A DNA stretch of 64,000 nucleotides, taken from assembly GCA_963663035.1 (NCBI GenBank), contig OY760074.1, positions 2,592,001 to 2,656,000 on the forward strand, given 5' to 3'. Numbering within the stretch: the stretch's first letter is position 1; every line of letters starts with the position of its first letter. The stretch comes from Acidobacteriota bacterium (lineage in GTDB: Bacteria > Acidobacteriota > UBA6911 > RPQK01 > JADFOI01). Positions 48,571-58,364 of the stretch are shown piece after piece. Both the position numbers and the translations under genes were made by a program. The notes under the pieces were generated by a model. The model had not been told where the DNA came from, made no database searches, and saw nothing but the letters and a program-made list of their open reading frames with translations.

Positions 48571-48836
48571 GAGGACACTTCCTTCAGGATCTGCTTGTCC
48601 AAAGACAGATCCGCCACCAGCTTCTTCAACCGGGTATTCTCCTTCTCCAACACCTTCAACCTCTTGGCCTGGTCCAACCGGAGCCCTCCGTACTCTTTGC
48701 GCCACCGGTAGTAGGTCTGCTCGCTCACCCCCATCTGCTTCGACACCTGTCCCACCCTCTGTCCTTGGGCCAGACCCACCTCTGCCTCACGCAGCTTCAT
48801 GATGATCTGTTCTGCCCTAAACCGCTTCCCTGCCAT
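48558..48836 (-). CDS. IS3 transposase OrfA
   Basis: Protein identical to copy 1. Confidence 0.93.
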   Translation of the reverse strand: MAGKRFRAEQIIMKLREAEVGLAQGQRVGQVSKQMGVSEQTYYRWRKEYGGLRLDQAKRLKVLEKENTRLKKLVADLSLDKQILKEVSSGNF

Positions 48837-49171
48837 CCTTGCCTCCTTCCTAAACCGGAAATCCTAACATTCAAACTGGACTCGTTTTAGGGGGCAAGGT
48901 CACACCTTGGTATTGCCACCCACGTAGTAATGGATCCCGGGATGAAATTCCTTGCCATCCTTGTCGTACCAGGTCTCCTGGGCCTTATACTTGGACTGGG
49001 TGAAAACAGCACGAGTTTCCCAGTTGTCTTTCTCCCGTGGCAGGTATCCCCCACGCTCCAGCAGCAAAATGCGCTTGCCCGAGGGGGCCAGAGCGTGAGC
49101 CAGTGTTCCTCCCCCTGCACCGCTGCCAATGATGATCAGATCATAGTGGTTGTTTTCAGGCATTTTTTCCT

Positions 49172-50077
49172 CTAGTGGATCGCCACCGGCGACACCCAGG
49201 CTCCTGTTGCGCCTCGCACTTTGGCATGGGTGAGAATAAACAGAAACTCGTACACGCCCGCCTTGGCCAGCTCTTGAGTAAAGAGATTTTCTACGATGAA
49301 CAGCCCATGACGCACATTGAGTGTCTGGGGCACCTCAAAGGGTCGGGCCGGATCCTCCCCGGGCACCGGACCAAAGCTCCAGGTGTCACAGCCCGTGAGG
49401 GCCACCTTCTTCTCCACCAGCCACAGGGCCAGTTCCAACCCAGGCCCCGGCTCACCTGACAGGTAGGTCTCGCTGTCCTCCATCCACAAATTCCCCCAGC
49501 CCGTGTGAAAGAGAAGCGCATCGCCCTTCCTGATTTGCACCGCTTGCTGCTCGAGAGCTTGGGTCACATCCGAGACCGGGATGGCATAGCCCGCTTCCAA
49601 ACGTTCCACCCCATGCAACTTGGCGACATCGACCAGGACTCCTCGGGAGATGATCTGGGGAACGGTTTCCACCCCAAGTTGGTTAGTGCCCCACTCTTCG
49701 GCAATGTCGGTGAGGCGGTGACCGTTGTAGAGGCGATCACCGATTTGAAGGTGGTTGAGGGCATCCAGGTGAGTACCCAGCTGCGAGGTGCTGGAGAAGA
49801 TTTCGATGATCCAGTTGACGTCGTTCTCTCCCCAACCTGCCGACCCAGCATCAGGACGGCGCCGGTTCAAAAGATGGGCGCTGGTGATGAGGCTTTGGCG
49901 AAAGCTTCGGCCTGCAAAAGCAGGGACGTCTTGATCCAGAACACGTCCCAGGTCGAAAACCCGACCCTCCTGGACCAGGCGAGCGGCCTCCACCACCTGC
50001 TGAGGAGTGATTTCATTGAGCATTCCGATTTGGTCCTCTGCCCCGTAAGGAGAGAGCCACCAAACGTCTTGGGTCAT
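49172..50077 (-). CDS. Cyclase-family metallohydrolase
   Basis: YGAEDQIGMLN, QLGTHLDALNH, HTGW, GCDTW and IVENL. Confidence 0.88.
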   Translation of the reverse strand: MTQDVWWLSPYGAEDQIGMLNEITPQQVVEAARLVQEGRVFDLGRVLDQDVPAFAGRSFRQSLITSAHLLNRRRPDAGSAGWGENDVNWIIEIFSSTSQLGTHLDALNHLQIGDRLYNGHRLTDIAEEWGTNQLGVETVPQIISRGVLVDVAKLHGVERLEAGYAIPVSDVTQALEQQAVQIRKGDALLFHTGWGNLWMEDSETYLSGEPGPGLELALWLVEKKVALTGCDTWSFGPVPGEDPARPFEVPQTLNVRHGLFIVENLFTQELAKAGVYEFLFILTHAKVRGATGAWVSPVAIH

Positions 50078-51273
50078 ACTGCCTCCTGGGCTGCCTGAAT
50101 TGACTTCTTGGTTCGGGTCAAATACACAACGATGGCGGCCATACAAAGAGCATAGAGGCTGGAGAGTCGGAAGATCAGCGGGAGACCCATCATCTCGCGG
50201 ACAAAGCCCACCAGGGTGGCGCTAAAGCCAATGCCCAGCATGAGCGCAGCCACCAGGGTGCCGGACACCGCCGTGGTTAATTCGGGCTCCTCAGCCGAAG
50301 CCAGGCTCACAGAGAGGGGAAAGAAGAAAGAGAGCGCCAGACCCGCCAGGGCCATTCCCAGCATACTGGGCAAGAAGCCGGCAACAGAGGGCAGAGCCAG
50401 GAAGGCAACGACCACCACAAAAGGAGACACCACATGCAACGCCTGCGGTCTGAACCAGATCGCCATCAACACAAACAGCGCGCGGCCGGCGGTGACCATA
50501 CCCCAAAAGACGGACAGCGCCACAGCCGCCTCGCTCATGCTCAGCCCGGCATCCTGCTCCAGGTAAATGGGACTCCAGTTGCCAAAGGTGGCTTCACACA
50601 CACCGTAGAGAAATACCACAGCTGCATACAGCCAGATCCGCCCGGGCAGTGGACCTCTTCTGACTCTCTCAGCCGGGGCCACCCTTTCCCTGGACAGTTC
50701 CATGGGGAGTCCCCATTGAAACGCCATCATCAGCACCAGGGCCACGCCTATCGCCAGCGGCGCTCCCCACCAAAAACCCAGACTGAGAAAGAGCCCTAAA
50801 ATCAGGGAGGAACCGACCTGACCCAGGCCAGTCAGGACGTGCAACCCGGTAATGGCGGCGTCGGCTCGATCCTGGAAAAGATCAAAGGCGTAAGCATTCA
50901 GGGAACTGATGGTGAAACCGAATCCTGCCCCTACCGCAGCTGTCGCCGCCAGTAAGAGCAGAAAAGCCAGGCTGCCCAGACCAATCAACCAGTGACTGGC
51001 TGCCAGTAAAACCATGGCCAGGAGGTTGGCCGTCAAGCCCAACCACAATACCCGCTTCATCCCATAGTCGGTGGCACAACGAGCCGCCAGGGCCGAGGCC
51101 GCTATGGCGGTAATGATCTGGGGTGTGAAAAGCAAACCGAACTGGCTGCTGCTCAGAGCGTGAAAACTGGGATGGGTAAAGAGAGGACCAGAGGCGGGAA
51201 AGAGAATGAGAGCAACACCCTGCAGAAATCCACTGAGGTAAACAGCCGCTACGGTCTTTTTTTTCTGGGTCAC
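50074..51273 (-). CDS. MFS transporter (sugar permease-like)
   Basis: About 12 TM helices; FLYGVCEATFGNW and FWGMVTAGR. Confidence 0.85.
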   Translation of the reverse strand: MTQKKKTVAAVYLSGFLQGVALILFPASGPLFTHPSFHALSSSQFGLLFTPQIITAIAASALAARCATDYGMKRVLWLGLTANLLAMVLLAASHWLIGLGSLAFLLLLAATAAVGAGFGFTISSLNAYAFDLFQDRADAAITGLHVLTGLGQVGSSLILGLFLSLGFWWGAPLAIGVALVLMMAFQWGLPMELSRERVAPAERVRRGPLPGRIWLYAAVVFLYGVCEATFGNWSPIYLEQDAGLSMSEAAVALSVFWGMVTAGRALFVLMAIWFRPQALHVVSPFVVVVAFLALPSVAGFLPSMLGMALAGLALSFFFPLSVSLASAEEPELTTAVSGTLVAALMLGIGFSATLVGFVREMMGLPLIFRLSSLYALCMAAIVVYLTRTKKSIQAAQEAV

Positions 51274-51396
51274 ACCGCCAAACTGTTCCTTTGGTCCGGA
51301 TTAGTCATAAATGCCACAGGTTTTAGAGACTGTCGTAAAACTTGTAGCGGCCATTCTGTGAACGGCTCGAAATGACGCCTTGCAGCACCGGAGCCT

Positions 51397-51471
51397 GGCT
51401 CGTGGGCTAAAGCCCACGGCTCTGTTTGAGACTCGTCAGTTCCGTCAGAGCCGCAGGCTAGCCTACGGGCC
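51397..51471. repeat. Free-standing REP hairpin pair (reverse complement of 39300-39377, degenerate)
   Basis: CGTGGGCTAAAGCCCACGG-CTCTGTTTGAGA..TCCGTCAGAG-CCGCAGGCTAGCCTACGG. Confidence 0.78.
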
Positions 51472-51495
51472 GGCGACAATCAAAGAGCACCGCCC

Positions 51496-52305
51496 TTATT
51501 CCGAGGACCAGGCACTGCGAAAGTCAGGATAGAGGGTCAGCCCCCCATCCACGAACAGGGTTTGGCCAGTGATATAGGCAGCTTCATCGGAAGCCAGAAA
51601 GGCCGTCACGGCCGCCATCTCTTCGGAGGTCCCGGCTCGTCCCATGGGTATATGTTTCTCCACCTCGGCCCGTTTCTCAGGGTCATCAATCCAGGCCCTA
51701 TTAATGGGGGTAATGGTGGCACCGGGCCCCACGGCATTGACGCGAATTTTCTTGCCGGCATATTCCAGGGCCAGGGTGCGGGTCAGGTTCTGTATTCCCC
51801 CCTTGCTGACGGAATAACCGATGTACTTGGGCTTGGGAATAATCTGATGAACGCTGGAGACGTTGATGATGGCTCCCTCTTTATCCTGGGCTAAAAAGTA
51901 TTTGATGGCTTCTCGGGCACAGATGTAGGCTCCTCTCAGATTCACAGCAATCACTCGATCAAAGGACTCGATCTCGATCTCATCGGATGCGCCTGAGGTT
52001 TGAATGCCGGCGTTGTTGACAAGAATATCCAGCCCTCCTAATCCCTCAATGGTCGTCTCTACCATCTGAAGGATGTCCCCCTCCTTTGAGACATCGCCTC
52101 TGACAAGCAGGTCTCGGACACCGCACTCGCGGACTTTCCTGATGCAAATTTGCACCATTTCTTCAGTCTTCTTGGCCTCTTCGATACTGCTCCGATAGTT
52201 GATGGCGACATTGGCCCCTTCCTGAGCAAAACGGATGGCAATGGACTGACCGATGCCGGTACTGCCACCGGTCACTAAGACATTCTTTCCTCTGAGTCCT
52301 TCCAT
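51496..52305 (-). CDS. Glucose 1-dehydrogenase-like SDR
   Basis: TGGSTGIG, NNAG, SSVHQIIP, YSVSK and DGGLTLYP. Confidence 0.88.
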   Translation of the reverse strand: MEGLRGKNVLVTGGSTGIGQSIAIRFAQEGANVAINYRSSIEEAKKTEEMVQICIRKVRECGVRDLLVRGDVSKEGDILQMVETTIEGLGGLDILVNNAGIQTSGASDEIEIESFDRVIAVNLRGAYICAREAIKYFLAQDKEGAIINVSSVHQIIPKPKYIGYSVSKGGIQNLTRTLALEYAGKKIRVNAVGPGATITPINRAWIDDPEKRAEVEKHIPMGRAGTSEEMAAVTAFLASDEAAYITGQTLFVDGGLTLYPDFRSAWSSE

Positions 52306-52421
52306 GCAATGAACCTCCAAGCCTGATTTTTCGCAGGCAGTAGGGTACTGGACCTGCCCTCAGGTTTGCAAATGCCCGGGGTTTTCAAGTGCTGGTCCCA
52401 GAAGCTATGATCATGCTTCTA

Positions 52422-53756
52422 ATGCCTGAGACACGAGATCAGCTGATTGAGCAGGCCAAGTCGATCCTAGATGGAAACTGGCTGGGCCAATCCACCAAGC
52501 CCTCTCCCCACCTCTATCCCCATCAGTGGAATTGGGATTCGGGATTTATCGCCATCGGATACGCGCGATACGATCAGAGTCGCGCCCAGCAGGAGCTCTC
52601 TTCACTTTTCGCCGCTCAATGGCAAAACGGCATGCTTCCCCAGATCGTTTTCAACCCCGACGCTTTAGGCGGCTACTTTCCCGAGCCGGACTTCTGGCAG
52701 GCTGAGCGCTCCCCCCACTACCCGCAGAGCGTACTGACCTCTGGGATAACCATGCCTCCAGTGCATGCCATGGCTGCCCTTCGGGTCTTGCAGCAGGCAA
52801 CCGATGGCAGTGCGGCTCGAGAGTGGCTGCAAGACCTCTACCCGCGCCTCTTTGCCCTGCACCAGTATTTCTACCGCGATCGAGATCCACTGAGGGAGGG
52901 ACTCGTTTACATCCGTCACCCCTGGGAGTCCGGCTTGGACAATGCCCTCACCTGGGATCCACCTTTACAAGCGATGAAGATCAACAAAGACAAGCTTCCC
53001 CCTTACCAGCGCCTGGACTTGAAAAAGGGCATCCCCAAGTCTCAGCGGCCCTCCGATGAGGACTACGATCGTTACGTCAACCTGGTCGATCTTTTCAGAA
53101 GGTTGGACTACAACGAAAAGGAGATCTACAGCCAGTGTCCCTTTCTCATCCAGGATCCCCTACTCAACAGCATTCTCTGCAAGTCCAACGAGGATCTGAT
53201 CGAAATCGGAGAGACCCTGGGAGAAGACACCGCTCAACTCCAGGAATGGTATGCCCAAACCACTCAGGCTCTGCGGGAAAAGCTCTGGGATGAGCGCCAC
53301 GGAGCCTTTGATGTCTTTGATCTCTATGCCAACGAGCCCATCGGGACACGCACTGCAGCCGGTTTTATGCCCCTGCTCTGTGGCGCTCCCACCTCGGATC
53401 AAGCCCAGGTCATGTACGATTTTCTGGAGTCCAACGCCTTCTGCAAAATGGGGGATCACCGCTGCTTCTCCATCCCCAATTATGATCTGGGAGGGGATTC
53501 CCTGGAGACCTCCAATTACTGGAGAGGACCGGTCTGGATCAACACCAACTGGCTGTTGTGGCAAGGACTGCGCCGCTATGGCTTTCAGGAGAAGGCGGAA
53601 AACGTACGTGCTGACATCCTCAAGCTGGTCCAAAGCTGCGGCTTCCATGAGTACTTCGATCCTTACCAAGGCTTCGGCTACGGAACCGACAATTTTTCCT
53701 GGACCGCGGCACTGTTCCTCGATGTGATGTTAGAAGAGCAGGAGTCAGCTTCATGA
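52422..53756 (+). CDS. GH63/MGH1-like glycoside hydrolase (mannosyl/glucosylglycerate hydrolase-like)
   Basis: LYPHQWNWDS, HPWESGLDN, YWRGPVW and FSWTAAL; start uncertain. Confidence 0.88.
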   Translation: MPETRDQLIEQAKSILDGNWLGQSTKPSPHLYPHQWNWDSGFIAIGYARYDQSRAQQELSSLFAAQWQNGMLPQIVFNPDALGGYFPEPDFWQAERSPHYPQSVLTSGITMPPVHAMAALRVLQQATDGSAAREWLQDLYPRLFALHQYFYRDRDPLREGLVYIRHPWESGLDNALTWDPPLQAMKINKDKLPPYQRLDLKKGIPKSQRPSDEDYDRYVNLVDLFRRLDYNEKEIYSQCPFLIQDPLLNSILCKSNEDLIEIGETLGEDTAQLQEWYAQTTQALREKLWDERHGAFDVFDLYANEPIGTRTAAGFMPLLCGAPTSDQAQVMYDFLESNAFCKMGDHRCFSIPNYDLGGDSLETSNYWRGPVWINTNWLLWQGLRRYGFQEKAENVRADILKLVQSCGFHEYFDPYQGFGYGTDNFSWTAALFLDVMLEEQESAS

Positions 53757-53804
53757 TCGGTCACTGAGCTGATCCCCATAATGCTGCTTGAGTAGAGCGA
53801 AAGG

Positions 53805-55163
53805 GTGCTGTTTGTGACCCCACAGCAAGTGATTCGCAATTATCGGGCTATCGCCGGGCTCTACACCCTCTCTGCTTCCCTGATCTGGGGCGTCAACACC
53901 CTCTTTCTCCTGGATGCCGGGCTCGACATCCTGGAGGTTTTCATCGCCAATGCCACCTTCACTGCCAGCATGGCTCTCTTCGAGATTCCCACAGGTGTTG
54001 TCGCCGACACGGTTGGCCGACGAGTCTCTTTTCTGATGAGTGTCGTCATCGTGTGGGCCGGCACCCTGGGCTATGTTGGAGCAGCTGCAGCCGGGGGCGG
54101 TTTATTACTGTTTTGTGCAGTCTCGGTGCTGCTGGGGCTGGGGTACACCTTCTACTCGGGTGCGGTGGAAGCCTGGTTGGTGGATGCACTAAAAGCAACA
54201 GGATTCGACGGCCAGCTGGACCGAGTTTTTGCTCGCGGTTCGATGGTCACGGGAGCGGCCATGCTGGTCGGCACGCTGGGCGGAGGTCTATTGGGCAGCC
54301 GCAATCTGGCTTTCCCCTTCCTGCTTCGCGCCCTGCTGCTGATGATCGTCTTCGGCCTGGCCTGTCGCAGCATGCACGACCTGGGCTTCACTCCTCGAAC
54401 CTTTCGCTTCTCAGCCCTGCCCGCAGAGATGCAAGGCGTGGGTCGAGCCAGCATGATCTACGGTTGGCAGAAGCGGTCGGTCCGATTGTTGATGATCGCG
54501 TCCTTCTTCCAATGGGGCTTTCTCTCCTGGGGCTTTTACGCCTGGCAACCCTACTTCCTCGACCTGCTGGGTCGTGATGCAGTATGGGTGGCAGGAGTGA
54601 TTGCGGCGCTGATCGCCCTATCGACTATTGCCGGCAACGCCCTGGTGGAAAGGCTTGCCCGTTACTGCGGCCGACGCACCACACTCTTACTTTGGGCCGC
54701 CGCCATCCAGACTGGGGCCGCCATAGGAGTCGGCCTTGCTGGAACCTTTTGGCTGGCCGTAGCCCTTTTTCTTGTCGTAGCAGCCTGCATGGGTGTGACG
54801 GTCCCGGTGAAACAGGCTTACCTCCACCAGGTTGTCCCCACTGAGAAGCGAGCCACCGTCATCTCCTTTCACTCGATGTTTGGAGGTGGTGGAAGCGTAG
54901 CCGGTCAAGTGGGCCTGGGCTATCTTGCCCGCGTCCATTCCATACCTCTCGGTTACATCGTTGGAGGACTGCTCACGCTAGGCGTCCTCCCGGTACTGGG
55001 AAGCCTTCGTGCTTCGAGTGAGTCGGCTGACCTCATCATCGGAACCGCCGGAAGGAAGGGCTCTTGTGCCGCTGCAGGACTTCCCAGCGTGACCTCTCTG
55101 AATACGACTCCTGCCCACCCGCCTGAAGCCGGGTCACACGAAGGAAGTAATCTTGACTCCTGA
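53805..55163 (+). CDS. MFS transporter
   Basis: FEIPTGVVADTVGRR and SGAVEAW. Confidence 0.88.
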   Translation: MLFVTPQQVIRNYRAIAGLYTLSASLIWGVNTLFLLDAGLDILEVFIANATFTASMALFEIPTGVVADTVGRRVSFLMSVVIVWAGTLGYVGAAAAGGGLLLFCAVSVLLGLGYTFYSGAVEAWLVDALKATGFDGQLDRVFARGSMVTGAAMLVGTLGGGLLGSRNLAFPFLLRALLLMIVFGLACRSMHDLGFTPRTFRFSALPAEMQGVGRASMIYGWQKRSVRLLMIASFFQWGFLSWGFYAWQPYFLDLLGRDAVWVAGVIAALIALSTIAGNALVERLARYCGRRTTLLLWAAAIQTGAAIGVGLAGTFWLAVALFLVVAACMGVTVPVKQAYLHQVVPTEKRATVISFHSMFGGGGSVAGQVGLGYLARVHSIPLGYIVGGLLTLGVLPVLGSLRASSESADLIIGTAGRKGSCAAAGLPSVTSLNTTPAHPPEAGSHEGSNLDS

Positions 55164-55219
55164 TCAGTGCAGTATTAGGCTCATAAGCCTTCATTCAAAC
55201 TGAAAGGAGTACCCGCCAT

Positions 55220-56629
55220 ATGCTCAGCTTGAAGAAGTCCTCGCCTTTGCTTATTTGCTTCCTGATGGCAGCTGGATTGAGTTTGCCGGCCCGGGGACAG
55301 ACAACCCCCACCCTACCGGTCAGCACCGCGTCCCTTGTTGCCGTGGAGGGCGCGACCCTGATTGACGGGACAGGAGCGGCGCCGGTTCCCAATACCACCC
55401 TGCTCATTGAAGATGGCCGCATTCGCCAGATCGGCAGGCGCGGGGAGGTGCCGATTCCCCCCGGCGCACAGATCATTCAAGCTGACGGCAAATACCTTAT
55501 CCCCGGCTTAATCGATGCTCATGTTCATTACAACGCCCCATTTCTGCATCGGCTCTATCTGGCCCACGGAGTCACCACGGTTCGCGATGTGGGCACTTCC
55601 CTGGAGCGAATCCTCACCCTGCGTGAAGAAATTGCCACGGGCAATATCCTGGCCCCCCGCTTGTTTACCACCGGAGGATCCATCAACACTCGCTCGCTCA
55701 GAGCCGCCGGTGTGAGTGCCCGCGAGATGACCGAAAGGCTGGCGGAAGCGGGGGTGAACGGAATCAAGGTCACGGGTTACAACGAAGAGGAACTCAAGGA
55801 CATTCTGGAAGTTGCCCACGCCCATGGATTGCTGGTTTTTGGACATACCCGTCTTGATCCCGGTGCCCTCCGGGCTGTCCAGATCGGACTGGACGGGATC
55901 GAGCATGTCACCGATTTACTGGAGGATTGCGTTGAAGAAAACCCTCCCTTTCCTATGGATTTCGACTGGGACCGCCGCGACCATTTCTTCCGTTACTACT
56001 ACAGCCAGCTTCATCGCGCCGTCAACCGCACCAAGATGGATGAAATCATCCAGTTGATGGTTCAAAACGACGTCTACCTGGATCCCACCCTGGTGAACTA
56101 CAATCGCGGCTTTGTCCAGCGCGGCACAGCGCAACTGGTGGCAGATCCAGCTTTTCGATACATGCCGGAAGAATATGATCGCTCCGATCGTTATGGGGAG
56201 TATGGACCGCTGGACCGAGAGCACTGGACCAAGACCTTCGCGCTGATGCAGGAAGCCACTTACAAGTTTTTCAAGGCGGGCGGGTTCCTGCTCATGGGAA
56301 CCGATTCTCAAGCCGCCGCCCCCGATGGCGCCCTTCCCGGCTGGAGCATGCATCAGGAGCTGGAGTTTTTCGTCGATGCCGGTCTCACTCCCATGGAAGC
56401 ACTGCAGACGGCCACTTTCAATAACGCCAAGGTGATGAAGCAGGAAAAGGACCTGGGCTCGCTGGAAACAGGAAAATATGCTGATCTGGTCATCCTGGAC
56501 GCCAACCCTCTAGAAAACATCAGTAACACCCAGAAGATCCATCTGGTCATCAAAGATGGTCTGGTGCTCGATCCGCAGGCTCTCCTGCGGGAACACATCA
56601 AGCACTTCGGAGAAAGGGAAATGCCTTAG
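55220..56629 (+). CDS. Secreted amidohydrolase
   Basis: Signal peptide, PGLIDAHVH, GIEH, GTD and GKYADL. Confidence 0.88.
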   Translation: MLSLKKSSPLLICFLMAAGLSLPARGQTTPTLPVSTASLVAVEGATLIDGTGAAPVPNTTLLIEDGRIRQIGRRGEVPIPPGAQIIQADGKYLIPGLIDAHVHYNAPFLHRLYLAHGVTTVRDVGTSLERILTLREEIATGNILAPRLFTTGGSINTRSLRAAGVSAREMTERLAEAGVNGIKVTGYNEEELKDILEVAHAHGLLVFGHTRLDPGALRAVQIGLDGIEHVTDLLEDCVEENPPFPMDFDWDRRDHFFRYYYSQLHRAVNRTKMDEIIQLMVQNDVYLDPTLVNYNRGFVQRGTAQLVADPAFRYMPEEYDRSDRYGEYGPLDREHWTKTFALMQEATYKFFKAGGFLLMGTDSQAAAPDGALPGWSMHQELEFFVDAGLTPMEALQTATFNNAKVMKQEKDLGSLETGKYADLVILDANPLENISNTQKIHLVIKDGLVLDPQALLREHIKHFGEREMP

Positions 56630-56898
56630 TACTCCCTTTCATAAATACGGTAGCGTTTGCGGATGGGGCTTGTGAGGCGAGGTCGCGAAGATGAGGAGAA
56701 GGCGATGCAGGGACATCGACGACGACGAGAGACAAAGAGATCGCCCGCAACCCCCATCCGCCCGAAGGGTTGGGGCGGGACGGGCCCATCTCTTTGTTGC
56801 TCCTCCTCGCCGATGTCTAGACATCGACTCGTCGTCGCGCCTCGATCTGGGCCCGTCCCGTTCCAAACAAACGTCATCGTATTTATGAAAGTGAGTAC
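56629..56898. mobile_element. Second-family foldback MITE (about 270 bp)
   Basis: About 30-bp imperfect TIR GTACTC(C/A)CTTTCATAAATACG..CGTTTG, internal inverted degenerate arms and a central hairpin; starts at the amidohydrolase TAG. Confidence 0.7.
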
Positions 56899-56933
56899 AT
56901 AGCGGGCAGCTGGCTTGCCCCAGGGGTGCACCA

Positions 56934-58364
56934 ATGGCTCTTGACCGCCGAAGATTCTTGCTCTCTCTTGCCGCCGCTGGTGGAATGATAACCAGCCAGA
57001 GGCCGGCGCTTGCTTCCGGGATTCTGCCCCAGGGTCAGGGTGGGGTGCAGCCGGGGGACTGGCCGGTTTCGACCTACGATATACGAGGAACCCGATTCAA
57101 TCCGCACGAGAACATCATTGGCCCAGGAAATGTCGAGCGTCTGAAGGTCAAGTGGATCTTTGAGGGGGCAGGGAGTTTCAACCAGACGACCCCCAGCGTG
57201 GTGGGCGACAGCCTTTACTTTCCGGCCAACGATGGCTATGTCTACGCACTGGATTCCAGGTCAGGAGCTCTGAAGTGGAAGTTCAACGCCTGGGAGGGCA
57301 TCCAGCCCAATGCGCCCGGGACCTGGCAGAGAGAGATTAACGCGGACCCGGTAGGGGAGATGCGGGGTTCGGTCGGTTATGCCAACGGCCGACTCTTCGT
57401 GGGTGACGGCACCGCCAGGATGCACTGCCTGGAGGCAGCCACCGGCCGGGAGATCTGGCGGACCCAGATGGACCCACCGGCGGGAGTCAACCGCAGCAAG
57501 ATCTCCTCCTCTCCCATTATCTACGACGGGAAAGTTTACTTTGGTACCTCCACGGTGGCCGGGCGTTCTCAGATTGCCTGCCTGGACGCAGGAACGGGTG
57601 CCGTCCGCTGGAACTTTCACATCATTGCCGATTCCAAAGTACTCGGTGGAGGTGCCGCCTGGACCGCTTCCGCTCTGGATGTGGAGTTCGGAATCGTCTA
57701 CAACGTGACGGGAAGCGTGCATGGACGTGTGGCCGGGCCCATGCTCTTTAGCGAGAGTATGCTCGCCAACGACATGGAATCAGGCGAACTGTTGTGGTAC
57801 GACCAGTTGCGTTCCAGGGATCCCTTTGATCTGGATTACAGCTGTCACCCCACTCTCTTTGAAGCCAGCCATCCGACCCGCCCGGGAGCCCTGCGAAGCT
57901 GTGTGGGAGCAGGCAGCAAGACCGGCTTTCACACCTTCGATCGCTATTCGGGAGAGCACTTATGGACCGCTTCCGTGACCAACGGCGGTCCCACGCTCAA
58001 CAGCACCGCCTATGGCTACGACAAGATCTATATGGTCTCCAATTCCGCAGCCAATCACCGCCTCATCGCTCAATCGACCACCGTGGCGCTCCATGCCTAT
58101 ACGGGAGAAGTGCTGTGGTGGACACCCAATGAGTCCATTATTCAGGGAGCGGTGAGCGTGGCCAACGGCCTTTTTTACCAGGGCTTCAGAGACGGCACCC
58201 TGCAGGCCCTGGATGTGGAAACGGGAGCGCCGCTGTGGACCTATCAGCTCCCGGGCAGCCGGCGTGGCGGAATCAGCATCTCCAACGGGACCCTCTACAC
58301 CAGCTGCGGAGGGGGAAATCCTCCCTCCTACCCGCTCTATGCCTTCAGTCTGGATGGTCGCTAG
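56934..58364 (+). CDS. Tat-exported PQQ-binding-type beta-propeller protein
   Basis: DRRRFLL Tat motif; repeated ALD..TG...W blades; DPFDLD. Confidence 0.85.
   Translation: MALDRRRFLLSLAAAGGMITSQRPALASGILPQGQGGVQPGDWPVSTYDIRGTRFNPHENIIGPGNVERLKVKWIFEGAGSFNQTTPSVVGDSLYFPANDGYVYALDSRSGALKWKFNAWEGIQPNAPGTWQREINADPVGEMRGSVGYANGRLFVGDGTARMHCLEAATGREIWRTQMDPPAGVNRSKISSSPIIYDGKVYFGTSTVAGRSQIACLDAGTGAVRWNFHIIADSKVLGGGAAWTASALDVEFGIVYNVTGSVHGRVAGPMLFSESMLANDMESGELLWYDQLRSRDPFDLDYSCHPTLFEASHPTRPGALRSCVGAGSKTGFHTFDRYSGEHLWTASVTNGGPTLNSTAYGYDKIYMVSNSAANHRLIAQSTTVALHAYTGEVLWWTPNESIIQGAVSVANGLFYQGFRDGTLQALDVETGAPLWTYQLPGSRRGGISISNGTLYTSCGGGNPPSYPLYAFSLDGR

Larger units (their letters stand above)
47636..48902 (-). 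mobile_element. IS3-family insertion sequence, 1267 bp, copy 2
   Basis: Reverse complement of copy 1 (two substitutions seen); 4-bp target duplication CACC. Confidence 0.96.
46345..49163 (-). pseudogene. GMC flavoprotein oxidoreductase interrupted by an IS3 element
   Basis: IIGSGAGGG FAD motif; removing the IS and one CACC restores GGNTKV-YGAVLFR; AHQNGT and VNPALT. Confidence 0.92.

Noticed and set aside
11312-48902. Composite transposon bounded by the two IS3 copies
   Set aside because: Each copy has its own target duplication inside its own disrupted gene, so these are independent insertions.
56598-56934. Several short ORFs over the foldback element and other MITEs
   Set aside because: They coincide with repeat DNA and lack RBS or protein features.
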